From Dehalococcoidia bacterium (lineage in GTDB: Bacteria > Chloroflexota > Dehalococcoidia > Lucifugimonadales > UBA1123): a DNA stretch of 64,000 bases. Each line of letters starts with the position of its first letter. The stretch's first letter is position 1. The translations under genes and the position numbers were made by a program. The stretch is from the NCBI GenBank assembly GCA_963665255.1, contig OY762210.1:1588631-1652630 (forward strand), in the 5' to 3' direction. Below the pieces are notes generated by a model. It did not search any database. It was given only the letters and a program-made list of their open reading frames with translations, and was not told the origin of the DNA. This document shows positions 55,159-63,250 of this stretch, in pieces.

Positions 55159-55938
55159 CTACTGCGCCGTCATGCCTCCGTCTATGACCAACTCGGAACC
55201 CGTCATGTACGACGACTCATCCGACGCCAGGAAGAGGATACCCCTCGCGATCTCCATTGCGTCACCCATCCTGCCCATCGGGATGCGCTCCAGCATGAAG
55301 TTAAGCCGACCCTCTTCTTCTGCACCCGGTCGCGTCATCGGGGTTAGCATGAATCCCGGATGAACCGAGTTCACCCTGATACCGTCCTTGGCGAGTTGGA
55401 TCGCGGCCGACTTGGTGAAGATACGGGATGCTCCCTTTGCTGCGTGGTAAGCCGTGGACCCAATGCTGCCGACGATTCCGTAGATGGATGAGATGTTGAT
55501 GATCGATCCTCCACCCGCGGCCCGCATGTGAGGAATAGCGTGCTTGGTGCCCAGGAAGACGCCCTTGCCGTGAACGTCCATCTGTCCCTGCCATATTTCC
55601 TCAGTGGTCTCTTCCACAGTTGGACGGCCACCCGTCCCGGCATTGTTTACTAGGATATTGAGGCTGCCATAGGCAGAGACGGTCGCCTCTATTGCCTCCT
55701 GCCACTCGCTCTCGTCAGTGACGTCAAGGCGTCTGAACATCACGTCGTGACCGGCGTCACGGAGCTGGGCGACAGCTCGTTCCCCAGACTCTACGTCGAT
55801 GTCGGTCAGCATGACCTTGGCGCCCTCTTCGGCAAACAGCCACGCTGATGCGCCACCGAAGCCCATGAGCTCGCCCTTCACGCCATGAGCGGCACCAGTA
55901 ATAAGCGCGACCCTGTTCTCAAGCCTCATTCTGCTCAC
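55159..55938 (-). CDS. Short-chain dehydrogenase/reductase
   Basis: ALITGAA, NNAG, NISS, YHAAK (YxxxK) and IRVNSVHPG. Confidence 0.88.
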   Translation of the reverse strand: MSRMRLENRVALITGAAHGVKGELMGFGGASAWLFAEEGAKVMLTDIDVESGERAVAQLRDAGHDVMFRRLDVTDESEWQEAIEATVSAYGSLNILVNNAGTGGRPTVEETTEEIWQGQMDVHGKGVFLGTKHAIPHMRAAGGGSIINISSIYGIVGSIGSTAYHAAKGASRIFTKSAAIQLAKDGIRVNSVHPGFMLTPMTRPGAEEEGRLNFMLERIPMGRMGDAMEIARGILFLASDESSYMTGSELVIDGGMTAQ

Positions 55939-56006
55939 CTCCAGTAAGACGGCTGGGGCCGATTATATCAGTTGTCCAGCCACACGGGACGTGCTAGAGT
56001 CCGGCC

Positions 56007-56744
56007 ATGCAGGCCTCCCCCGTCGTCGAAGTAAATGAACTCTCCTTTAGCTACGGCACGAACCAGGTCTTGAACGGCCTGTCACTGTCAGTGAAGGAGG
56101 GTGAGATCTTTGGCGTGCTTGGCGCCAATGGCTCCGGCAAGACGACCCTCATGCGGATAATGGTCGGCCTTCTCAGTCGACACGGCGGCACACTCGAAGT
56201 CTATGGTGAGTCTCCCTCTCCCCAGCAGGCAGGCCAAGTCGGTTACATGCCTCAGCTCAACGCGCTTTACCAGGAGCTCTCAGTAAGGGAAAACGTCGAC
56301 TTCTTCGCACGTATGTATGGCATGTCGGATCGCGGCTCCCGTGGGCAGTCCGTGGCGGACGCGATAGAACTTGTGGGCCTCACTTCCCAGATTGGAGAGC
56401 CAGTCCTGAAACTCAGCGGTGGCATGCGCCAGCGCGTCAGCCTGGCAATCGCTTTGGTCCACAGGCCGTCGTTGCTCCTTCTGGACGAACCTACCGTTGG
56501 GCTCGACCCAGACCTCAGGGTTATGTTCTGGGAACACTTCCGAAGAATGGCTGAGTCAGGCACCACAATAGTCATATCCAGCCACACGATGGACGATGCT
56601 GCACACTGCGACCGCCTCGCGTTTCTCAGGGATGGAAGAGTCATCGCGCTTGATACGCCTTCGGCCTTGAGGGCGGCAACCGGACATTCAGATGCTTCCC
56701 TGGAGGATGCGTTCATACACTTCCTTCGGATGTCGGACGACTGA
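56007..56744 (+). CDS. ABC transporter ATP-binding protein
   Basis: Walker A GANGSGKTT, signature LSGGMRQR and Walker B LLLLDEP. Confidence 0.92.
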   Translation: MQASPVVEVNELSFSYGTNQVLNGLSLSVKEGEIFGVLGANGSGKTTLMRIMVGLLSRHGGTLEVYGESPSPQQAGQVGYMPQLNALYQELSVRENVDFFARMYGMSDRGSRGQSVADAIELVGLTSQIGEPVLKLSGGMRQRVSLAIALVHRPSLLLLDEPTVGLDPDLRVMFWEHFRRMAESGTTIVISSHTMDDAAHCDRLAFLRDGRVIALDTPSALRAATGHSDASLEDAFIHFLRMSDD

Positions 56745-57472
56745 TGTCCACCGACCGAGTCCTTGCCATAACCGAACGGATCATCCGCCAGATCCTGCGT
56801 GACCGACGCTCAATCGGACTGCTGATAATCGGACCGCTTATCGTTATGTCCCTGGTTGGCTTCAGCCTGTTCGATCAGCGAACTATACTCGACCGTGTTG
56901 CCCCCGGGCTGCTTGCCGTCTTCGTTCTCTTCTTTACGTTCATACTGACCGGCGTTGGATTCCTGAGAGAACGGGCACAGGGAACACTCGAACGCCTACA
57001 GACTACTCTGGTCGGCAGCTTCGACATCATGCTCGGATACATGCTGGGCTTCCTGATCTTTGCCATTGTGCAAACTATCGTAATCTTCACGTTCACAGTC
57101 TTCGCGCTCCGCATCGAGTACGCTGGCAGCCTCTGGGAGATCGGAGTCTTCCTATTCCTGGTAGTAACCGTTGCTGTCAGTTTGGGCATTTTCATTTCCA
57201 GCTTTGCCAACAACGAATTCCAGGTTGTCCAGTTCATCCCGATAGTTCTCGCGCCCCAGATTTTCCTGTCAGGCGTCATCATCCCTGTCGACCAGATGCC
57301 TCAGCTCTTCGAGTGGCTGTCTGTTGTGCTGCCCCTTACGTACGCTGTCGAGGCACTGCGCGAGATTATGCTGCGCGGGACTGACCTTGCTGCGCTGTGG
57401 GAAAATCTGGTCGCTCTTGCCGTCTTCTCATTGGCGCTCCTTGGCGCTGCGGTAGCAACGCTGAGGCGCTAG
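56744..57472 (+). CDS. ABC-2 type transporter permease
   Basis: 242 aa with 6 TM helices. The ATG overlaps the ATPase stop (TGATG). Confidence 0.85.
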   Translation: MSTDRVLAITERIIRQILRDRRSIGLLIIGPLIVMSLVGFSLFDQRTILDRVAPGLLAVFVLFFTFILTGVGFLRERAQGTLERLQTTLVGSFDIMLGYMLGFLIFAIVQTIVIFTFTVFALRIEYAGSLWEIGVFLFLVVTVAVSLGIFISSFANNEFQVVQFIPIVLAPQIFLSGVIIPVDQMPQLFEWLSVVLPLTYAVEALREIMLRGTDLAALWENLVALAVFSLALLGAAVATLRR

Positions 57473-57484
57473 GCTTTAGCATAG

Positions 57485-58330
57485 ATGCGAACGAAGACAC
57501 TGCTCCGGCTCGCCTTGATCGTGACAGTTGGGGCGGCACTTGGAGTCCTGGTGCGCCAGATGTCCATCCTCGACCGAATCATGGTCTACTTCCCCGAGCG
57601 TGCCATCTCGGCAACCCCTGCCGAAGTCGGCCTCGAGTACAGCGATGTCTACCTGACAACAAGTGATGGCGTCCGAATTCACGGCTGGCATGTGCCGGGT
57701 GAGTCCAGAACGACACTGCTGTGGCTGCATGGAAACGCCGGGAACATCGGCAATAGGGTGGACAACATCGCAGTCCTCAATCGGTTTACTGGCCTAAGCG
57801 TGATGATCATCGACTACAGGGGCTACGGTTTAAGCCAGGGCAGTCCGTCTGAGAAGGGACTCTACCTGGATGCAGAGGCCGCTCTCGAGTACCTGACTTC
57901 GGAAATCGGGCTCGATCCCGAGCAGGACATCGTGCTCTTCGGACGCTCACTCGGAGTTGGAGTGGCGTCTGAGATGGCCACACGGCACCCCGTCAGATGC
58001 GTGATACTCGAATCCGGGTTTACTTCGGTCATTGGTATGGCGAAGGCAACACATCCCGATTGGCTCGTGAACGCTCTTACTCCCCTGATGGACGCAAGGT
58101 ATGACACCCTGTCGAAGATGGGCCTCCTACGGTCGCCGGCTATGATAGTTCACGGGGAACAGGACGAAATCGTCCCATTCGGGATGGCTCATGAACTGTA
58201 CGAGGCTGCAAGCGAACCAAAGCGTCTCTACGCTGTCAGCGGAGCCATGCACAACGACGTCTACAAGCGAGGCGGCAGAGCCTACTACCAGGCCTTGAAT
58301 GAATTCATCGCAGCTGCGGCCCCCGAGTAG
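57485..58330 (+). CDS. Alpha/beta hydrolase
   Basis: N-terminal TM or signal anchor, HGNAGN, nucleophile elbow GRSLGVG, and a C-terminal D/H (GEQDEIV, AMHND). Confidence 0.85.
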   Translation: MRTKTLLRLALIVTVGAALGVLVRQMSILDRIMVYFPERAISATPAEVGLEYSDVYLTTSDGVRIHGWHVPGESRTTLLWLHGNAGNIGNRVDNIAVLNRFTGLSVMIIDYRGYGLSQGSPSEKGLYLDAEAALEYLTSEIGLDPEQDIVLFGRSLGVGVASEMATRHPVRCVILESGFTSVIGMAKATHPDWLVNALTPLMDARYDTLSKMGLLRSPAMIVHGEQDEIVPFGMAHELYEAASEPKRLYAVSGAMHNDVYKRGGRAYYQALNEFIAAAAPE

Positions 58331-58362
58331 ACTCTTTCACCTGGGGCATCAGACTGGTCACT

Positions 58363-58407
58363 AACTGTTACCAACTGGTAGCATCCAGCCAGTTAGTACC
58401 TGCCCAG
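58363..58407. promoter_or_regulatory. Nested inverted repeat between the hydrolase and LLM genes
   Basis: GGT-c-ACTAACTG (58363..58374) pairs with CAGTTAGT-ACC (58397..58407). An inner palindrome TACCA-AC-TGGTA is also present. No T-tract follows. Confidence 0.3.
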
Positions 58408-58428
58408 AGCAGAAGTCGGAGGACCACC

Positions 58429-59388
58429 ATGGAATTCGGATTCGGCGTTCCCAGCCGCGGCCCCTTAGCCTCTCTTGAGAACATAGTAGCTCTCGCCCAG
58501 AAGGGAGAGGATCTGGGCTTTGACATAATAACTGTCAGCGATCACATTGTCGTGCCCAACGACATTGATTCGATCTACCCATACAGCGAGACAGGAGAGT
58601 TCACAAGCTCTCAGTCCGGCGAGTACATGGAGCAGCTCACGACAGTTGCATATCTCGCAGGATTGACCTCCAGGATCAAGCTGCTGACCTCCGTGATGGT
58701 TCTGCCACATCGCAGTCCCGTACTCACGGCCAAGATGCTTGCGACAATCGACGTACTTTCTGAGGGCCGGCTGATAGTCGGCTGCGGAGTTGGGTGGATG
58801 GAGGAAGAGTTCGACGCTATTGGTGCACCTCCATACGCTGAACGTGGAGCGGTAGGTAACGAGTACCTGAGAATCTTCAAGGAGCTCTGGACCAGTGACG
58901 ATCCGTCATATGAAGGCGACTACGCAAGCTTCTCCAACATCGCATTCGCCCCTAAGCCCGTCCAGCAGCCGCATCCCCCTCTCTGGATTGGCGGTGAGAG
59001 CCCGCCTGCGCTGCGTCGCGCCGGTCAGCTTGGGGATGCCTGGTACCCCATTTGCAGCAACCCTAATTTCCCTGTCGGCACCCTGGAGCAGTTCGCAGAC
59101 TACAAGGCGCGAGTCCTCCGTAATGCCGAGCGGGCAGGGCGCGACCCCTCGGAACTGGACTTCGCCTATAGCGTCAACTGGTACGACGACACTCAGGAGC
59201 AGACCGCCGATGGCGAGCGCCGTATCTTGACCGGCTCCGCAACCCAGATCGCTGCCGACATCGATGCCCTGGAAGATCTCGGAGTCAATCACCTCATGCT
59301 CGGATTCCAGGGGGCCAATCTGGATGAGACATTTGATCAGCTCACCCGGTTCACAGACGACATCCGACCCCTAACTGCCAACAGCTAA
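58429..59388 (+). CDS. Luciferase-like (LLM class) flavin/F420-dependent oxidoreductase
   Basis: MEFGFGVP..GFD.ITVSDH..LTSV.VLPHR.P...AK..AT.D.LS.GR...G.G.GW pattern, 319 aa. Confidence 0.85.
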   Translation: MEFGFGVPSRGPLASLENIVALAQKGEDLGFDIITVSDHIVVPNDIDSIYPYSETGEFTSSQSGEYMEQLTTVAYLAGLTSRIKLLTSVMVLPHRSPVLTAKMLATIDVLSEGRLIVGCGVGWMEEEFDAIGAPPYAERGAVGNEYLRIFKELWTSDDPSYEGDYASFSNIAFAPKPVQQPHPPLWIGGESPPALRRAGQLGDAWYPICSNPNFPVGTLEQFADYKARVLRNAERAGRDPSELDFAYSVNWYDDTQEQTADGERRILTGSATQIAADIDALEDLGVNHLMLGFQGANLDETFDQLTRFTDDIRPLTANS

Positions 59389-59402
59389 TTTCTGGAGGAG
59401 AT

Positions 59403-60443
59403 ATGAAAGCTGTCTACATGACCGAACACGGGGATGCTGATGTCCTCCAGTATGGCGATATGCCTGAGCCTGAGATCGGACCAAACGAAGTCAAGGTGCG
59501 CGTCCATGCCGCATCACTCAACCGGCTTGATGTCTACACCAGAGCCGGGGTCCGGGGAACTCGCATTCGTAACTTCGACAGCCCACACATTCTCGGTGGC
59601 GACGCCGCCGGAGAAATCGCTGAAGTCGGCAGTGAGGTTCGAGGGAGAGAAGTCGGGCAGAGGGTCCTGGTCAATCCCCGTATGACATGCAATCAGTGCC
59701 GATGGTGCGCCTCAGGTGAGGATGAGTTCTGTGAAAACTCCGGCATGTTGGGCTCGTCTCGCAGGGGAAGCTACGCCGAATATGTGGCCATACCTGCAAC
59801 CAGTGCCGTGCCCATTCCCGACGGACTCTCCTTCGAAGAGGCAGCCACACTCCCCACGGTTTACCTGCCCTGCTGGTCCATACTAGTGCGTAGAGGTGCT
59901 CTGAAGTCGTGGGAGACTGCACTGATTCTCTCAGCGTCGGCGGGAGTAGGAACTGCGGGAATCCAGGTTGCGAAGAATGTGATTGGTGCCACGGTCGTCA
60001 CCACCACCAGCACCGAAGAGAAGGCGGCCCAGGCGTCGGAACTGGGAGCCGATCACGTCATCAACTACTCGAATGAAGACATTGCCGAGCGCGTCCGTGA
60101 GATTACCGAAGGGCGTGGTGTCGACGTAGTTCTGGACCACGTGGGAGCGGAATTCTGGCCCGCTGCAACCCGGTCATTGGCCATGGGTGGCCGTTATGGC
60201 ATCTGCGGTGTGACGACCGGATACCGAGCGGAACTCCAAATGGGGGCCATGTTCACCCGATACCAGACGGTGTTCGGTGTGTTCATGGGACGCAAAGAGG
60301 ACATGCGTCAGATCGTTCAGATGGCTGGAAGGGGAACGATACGCGGAATCATCCACCAGACATTCCCGCTGGAAGAGGCCGCTAGGGCTCACGAAGCTAT
60401 GGAAGGCCTGAACTTCTTCGGCAAGCTCGTGCTGACTATGTGA
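59403..60443 (+). CDS. Zinc-type medium-chain alcohol dehydrogenase/quinone oxidoreductase
   Basis: GGDAAGEIAEVG, structural-zinc Cys cluster CNQCRWCASGEDEFC, and Rossmann SASAGVGTAGIQ. Confidence 0.88.
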   Translation: MKAVYMTEHGDADVLQYGDMPEPEIGPNEVKVRVHAASLNRLDVYTRAGVRGTRIRNFDSPHILGGDAAGEIAEVGSEVRGREVGQRVLVNPRMTCNQCRWCASGEDEFCENSGMLGSSRRGSYAEYVAIPATSAVPIPDGLSFEEAATLPTVYLPCWSILVRRGALKSWETALILSASAGVGTAGIQVAKNVIGATVVTTTSTEEKAAQASELGADHVINYSNEDIAERVREITEGRGVDVVLDHVGAEFWPAATRSLAMGGRYGICGVTTGYRAELQMGAMFTRYQTVFGVFMGRKEDMRQIVQMAGRGTIRGIIHQTFPLEEAARAHEAMEGLNFFGKLVLTM

Positions 60444-60450
60444 TTAGAAT

Positions 60451-60480
60451 AAAGGGTGCGGCTATCTAACCGCACCCTTT
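60451..60480. terminator. Bidirectional rho-independent terminator between convergent genes
   Basis: AAAGGGTGCGG-ctatctaa-CCGCACCCTTT, with an A-tract on one side and a T-tract on the other. Confidence 0.8.
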
Positions 60481-60489
60481 ATGTTTAAC

Positions 60490-61131
60490 CTAGTCTACTG
60501 CGCCCTTTGGCCAGGGTGGCTGAGGGCTTTTGATCTCGCCGACATACGTCCTGCCGCCGAACAGCGACACGAAGCTGTCGAAGACCTCCACTGCTTCGCC
60601 TTCGGGCGGAATGAACGTCTTCATGTAGGCGGTATGTCCGTTCTCGAAGAGGAACGTCGGCGTACCGAAGATGGCGTTCTCCTGCGAGGTGGCTTCCTCG
60701 TGGTCTGCCGCCACTGTTGCCAGCACGTCGGGATCGTCGAGGTCCTTCTTGAACTGCTCGACGTCAAGCCCAGCCTGCTCAGCCAGAGCGACTAGGGGCT
60801 CGTCCTGGTTTAGGGGCATTCGGTCGCCTGCGTGCCTGGCCTTCAGCAGGGCGAGATGGAACTTATCAAATGCCTCGGGATTACCCTGCCTCTTGGCTGC
60901 TTCACCAGCAACCGAGGCCAGCAGTGCCCGCGCTTCTCGAACATCCATCTGTTCCCAGACCTTCCAGTCTGCGTCATTCCTGCTGTTGATCTGCTCTAGC
61001 GAGAAGTGCCGCCAGTTGATCTGTAGGTTGTCTCCGTACTCCTGCTTGACCTGATCCAGCCACACGGCTGCATTGTAGACCCACGGTCAAGCGTAGTCGT
61101 ACCACACATCCACTTTGACTTGGTCTGCCAT
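60490..61131 (-). CDS. DsbA-family (Rv2466c/Mrx-2-like) thiol oxidoreductase with an in-frame TGA at the active-site Cys position; candidate selenoprotein (alternatively a pseudogene)
   Basis: The ORF track has only 60490..61065. In the same frame upstream I read GGAGG (61138..61142), 6 nt, ATG (61129..61131), MADQVKVDVWYDYA, TGA (61087..61089), then PWVYNAAVWLDQ... The total of 642 nt is divisible by 3. The C-terminal GTPTFLF... motif is typical of the thioredoxin fold. Confidence 0.6.
61047..61089 (-). other. SECIS-like mRNA hairpin starting at the in-frame UGA
   Basis: mRNA numbering from the U of UGA: 1-5 UGACC pairs with 39-43 GGUCA, 9-12 GGUC pairs with 34-37 GAUC, and 20-24 CAGCC pairs with 29-33 GGCUG. 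The apical loop is GUGU. Confidence 0.45.
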
Positions 61132-61316
61132 TTTCCGCCTCCAGTTGTGTTTACCGTCCGGATGCGCCCACGAGGCACATCCTACTTTGCGGCATTGTAT
61201 CATTCTTGGCCTAAACGCGCAGTCCATACCGATGTTAAGGCTTGCCGCGTCCCGAGCGGTTAGACGACAATGTCATTCGGGCAGTTGCTCACGGGACAGC
61301 TCAGGAGGGACACCGC

Positions 61317-62456
61317 TTGATTAAGAACTTCTCAGTGCTCTATGTCGGAAATATCGACCTTGAGGACGTCGGAGCAGACGGCACTCCTGCCGACCAGCGA
61401 TACTACACGAACGACAGGCTCATGGAGAGCCTCGATACGGCCTCGCAGGTTGCAGGGTTGATGGACGACCTCGGATTTCACACCCTGTGGATGGCGGAAC
61501 ACCACTTTCAGCGCGAAGGCTACGAGTGCATCCCGAACATCATCCTGCTGGGCACACATCTCGCCTCGCGCACCAGAACGCTCAAATTCGGCTGCGCCTT
61601 CAACATCGTGCCGATGTGGCATCCGCTGAGGCTGGCTGAAGACTATGCCATGGCGGACATACTGACTGACGGGCGAATAGTGTTCGGCGTCGGCCGTGGA
61701 TATCACAGCCGCGAGGTAGAGACGTTCGGGGCTCCTGTCATCGACAACGATGCAAACCGTGCCTACTTCGAAGAACAGATGGAAGTGCTGCTCAAGGCGT
61801 TCAATGAGGATTCATTCACGCATCATGGTGAGCACTTCACGATTCCGCCTGAAGTCGAATATCGAGGCTACGATCTCAAGGACGTGACTCTGGTTCCTAG
61901 GCCAAAGCACCTGCCTGTCGAGATGTGGCAGCCGATAGTCAGCGGACGGACGATCGACTTCATCGCCAGGAATCGAATCAACGGGGTAGTCGGACTAACC
62001 GGTGAGACCCTCGTGAAGGACATCTTCGAGCAGTACCAGGACGCCAATGCCAAGCATGGCCGGGAACTCGAGCTTGGAGAGAATCTTGCTCTCGAGTTTG
62101 GCTTCTACATTGCCGATTCTCAGGAAGAGGCAATGAACAAGCTCAGGCCCTATCACGACGAACGCTATAAGTGGTTCGCGCCATTCGGATTCGTTCGCTA
62201 CGCGGACGAACACGGTAGGGTCTGGGGCACCCCCGGCGCTCCGGCTCGCACTCCGTTCATAGAAGATGGCGTGGAGCAGAAGGCATGGATTTGCGGCCCT
62301 CCAGAAGACTTCGTCGGCTTCCTACGGGACTTGGAGAACAAGTACCCCGGGCTGGAGCACGTCATCCTGCACTGGGCAGAGGGGATGCCACGCGCTGAGT
62401 TCATGGAACAGCTCCAACTGTTTGCCTCCGAAGTTATGCCCGCTTTCAGAAGTTAG
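61317..62456 (+). CDS. Luciferase-like (LLM class) flavin-dependent oxidoreductase/monooxygenase
   Basis: GFHTLWMAEHHF, NI.L.G..LA..T..LK.G and GR...GVGRGYH pattern. The start is probably TTG 61317, 7 nt after GGAGGG. The ORF-track start is 61242. Confidence 0.85.
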   Translation: MIKNFSVLYVGNIDLEDVGADGTPADQRYYTNDRLMESLDTASQVAGLMDDLGFHTLWMAEHHFQREGYECIPNIILLGTHLASRTRTLKFGCAFNIVPMWHPLRLAEDYAMADILTDGRIVFGVGRGYHSREVETFGAPVIDNDANRAYFEEQMEVLLKAFNEDSFTHHGEHFTIPPEVEYRGYDLKDVTLVPRPKHLPVEMWQPIVSGRTIDFIARNRINGVVGLTGETLVKDIFEQYQDANAKHGRELELGENLALEFGFYIADSQEEAMNKLRPYHDERYKWFAPFGFVRYADEHGRVWGTPGAPARTPFIEDGVEQKAWICGPPEDFVGFLRDLENKYPGLEHVILHWAEGMPRAEFMEQLQLFASEVMPAFRS

Positions 62457-62467
62457 GAATTCACCGG

Positions 62468-63193
62468 TTGGACTTGGAGCACAGACTGAATACCCAGTGG
62501 ACTGACGCTGCTGAGGACTGGATCCAGCAAGACCAGTCCGTGCGCACAGGGATGCTGGACTCATGGATGCTGAAGGCGCTGGGCGATTTATCCAACGCGC
62601 GTGTGGTTGACATAGGGTGTGGTGAGGGCCGCTTCTCACGGCTGCTGGCCGGACTCGGAGCGAGTGTAACGGGGGTAGACCTCACTGAACCGTTCATCGA
62701 AAGGGCCAGGAACCTCGCCGTCGGCAATGACACCTACGTTCTCGGCGACGCTGAGAACCTGGAAGGCATTGCATCGAACAGCTACGACCTTGCTGTTCTA
62801 TATATAGTCCTTGTTGATCTGCTGGACTATGAGAGTGCCATTGGGGCTGCTTACCGGGTACTCAAACCAGGGGGTAAACTCGTCATCTGCAACGTCCATC
62901 CGATGCGGACCTCAGTGCCTAACGGATGGATAAATCAGGGTGGACGTAAGCTCTTTTACGCCGTGGACAATTACACTGACGAGGGGCCTCGGGAATTCGA
63001 CTGGTGGGGGAAGAACTTCATCAACATGCACCGTACCTTGTCCAGCTACATTTCAGCTTTTCTGGAAGCTGGCTTCGTTCTGGAACGACTGGACGAACCC
63101 GTGCCCTCTGAGGAGCAGCTCGCCGAGAATCCTAGTTTTGACGACGAGTACCGTGCTCCCAACTTCATCATTTACGTACTGAAAAAACCGTAA
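62468..63193 (+). CDS. Class I SAM-dependent methyltransferase
   Basis: Motif I VVDIGCGEGRFS, an acidic residue after beta2 (GVDL), and post-I/II motifs (LKPGGKLVI). Confidence 0.85.
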   Translation: MDLEHRLNTQWTDAAEDWIQQDQSVRTGMLDSWMLKALGDLSNARVVDIGCGEGRFSRLLAGLGASVTGVDLTEPFIERARNLAVGNDTYVLGDAENLEGIASNSYDLAVLYIVLVDLLDYESAIGAAYRVLKPGGKLVICNVHPMRTSVPNGWINQGGRKLFYAVDNYTDEGPREFDWWGKNFINMHRTLSSYISAFLEAGFVLERLDEPVPSEEQLAENPSFDDEYRAPNFIIYVLKKP

Positions 63194-63250
63194 GCCTTAC
63201 CCTTCGGATAGACACCGATGGCTGGGCTTCGCACGTCAGGAGTCACAACA

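Noticed and set aside
60996-61178. 60-aa minus-strand ORF overlapping the N-terminus of the DsbA-like gene
   Set aside because: It is in a different frame from the DsbA-like reading frame. It has no SD and a Gly/Thr/Arg-rich nonsense-like sequence. The SD-ATG at 61129..61142 belongs to the frame that contains the TGA.
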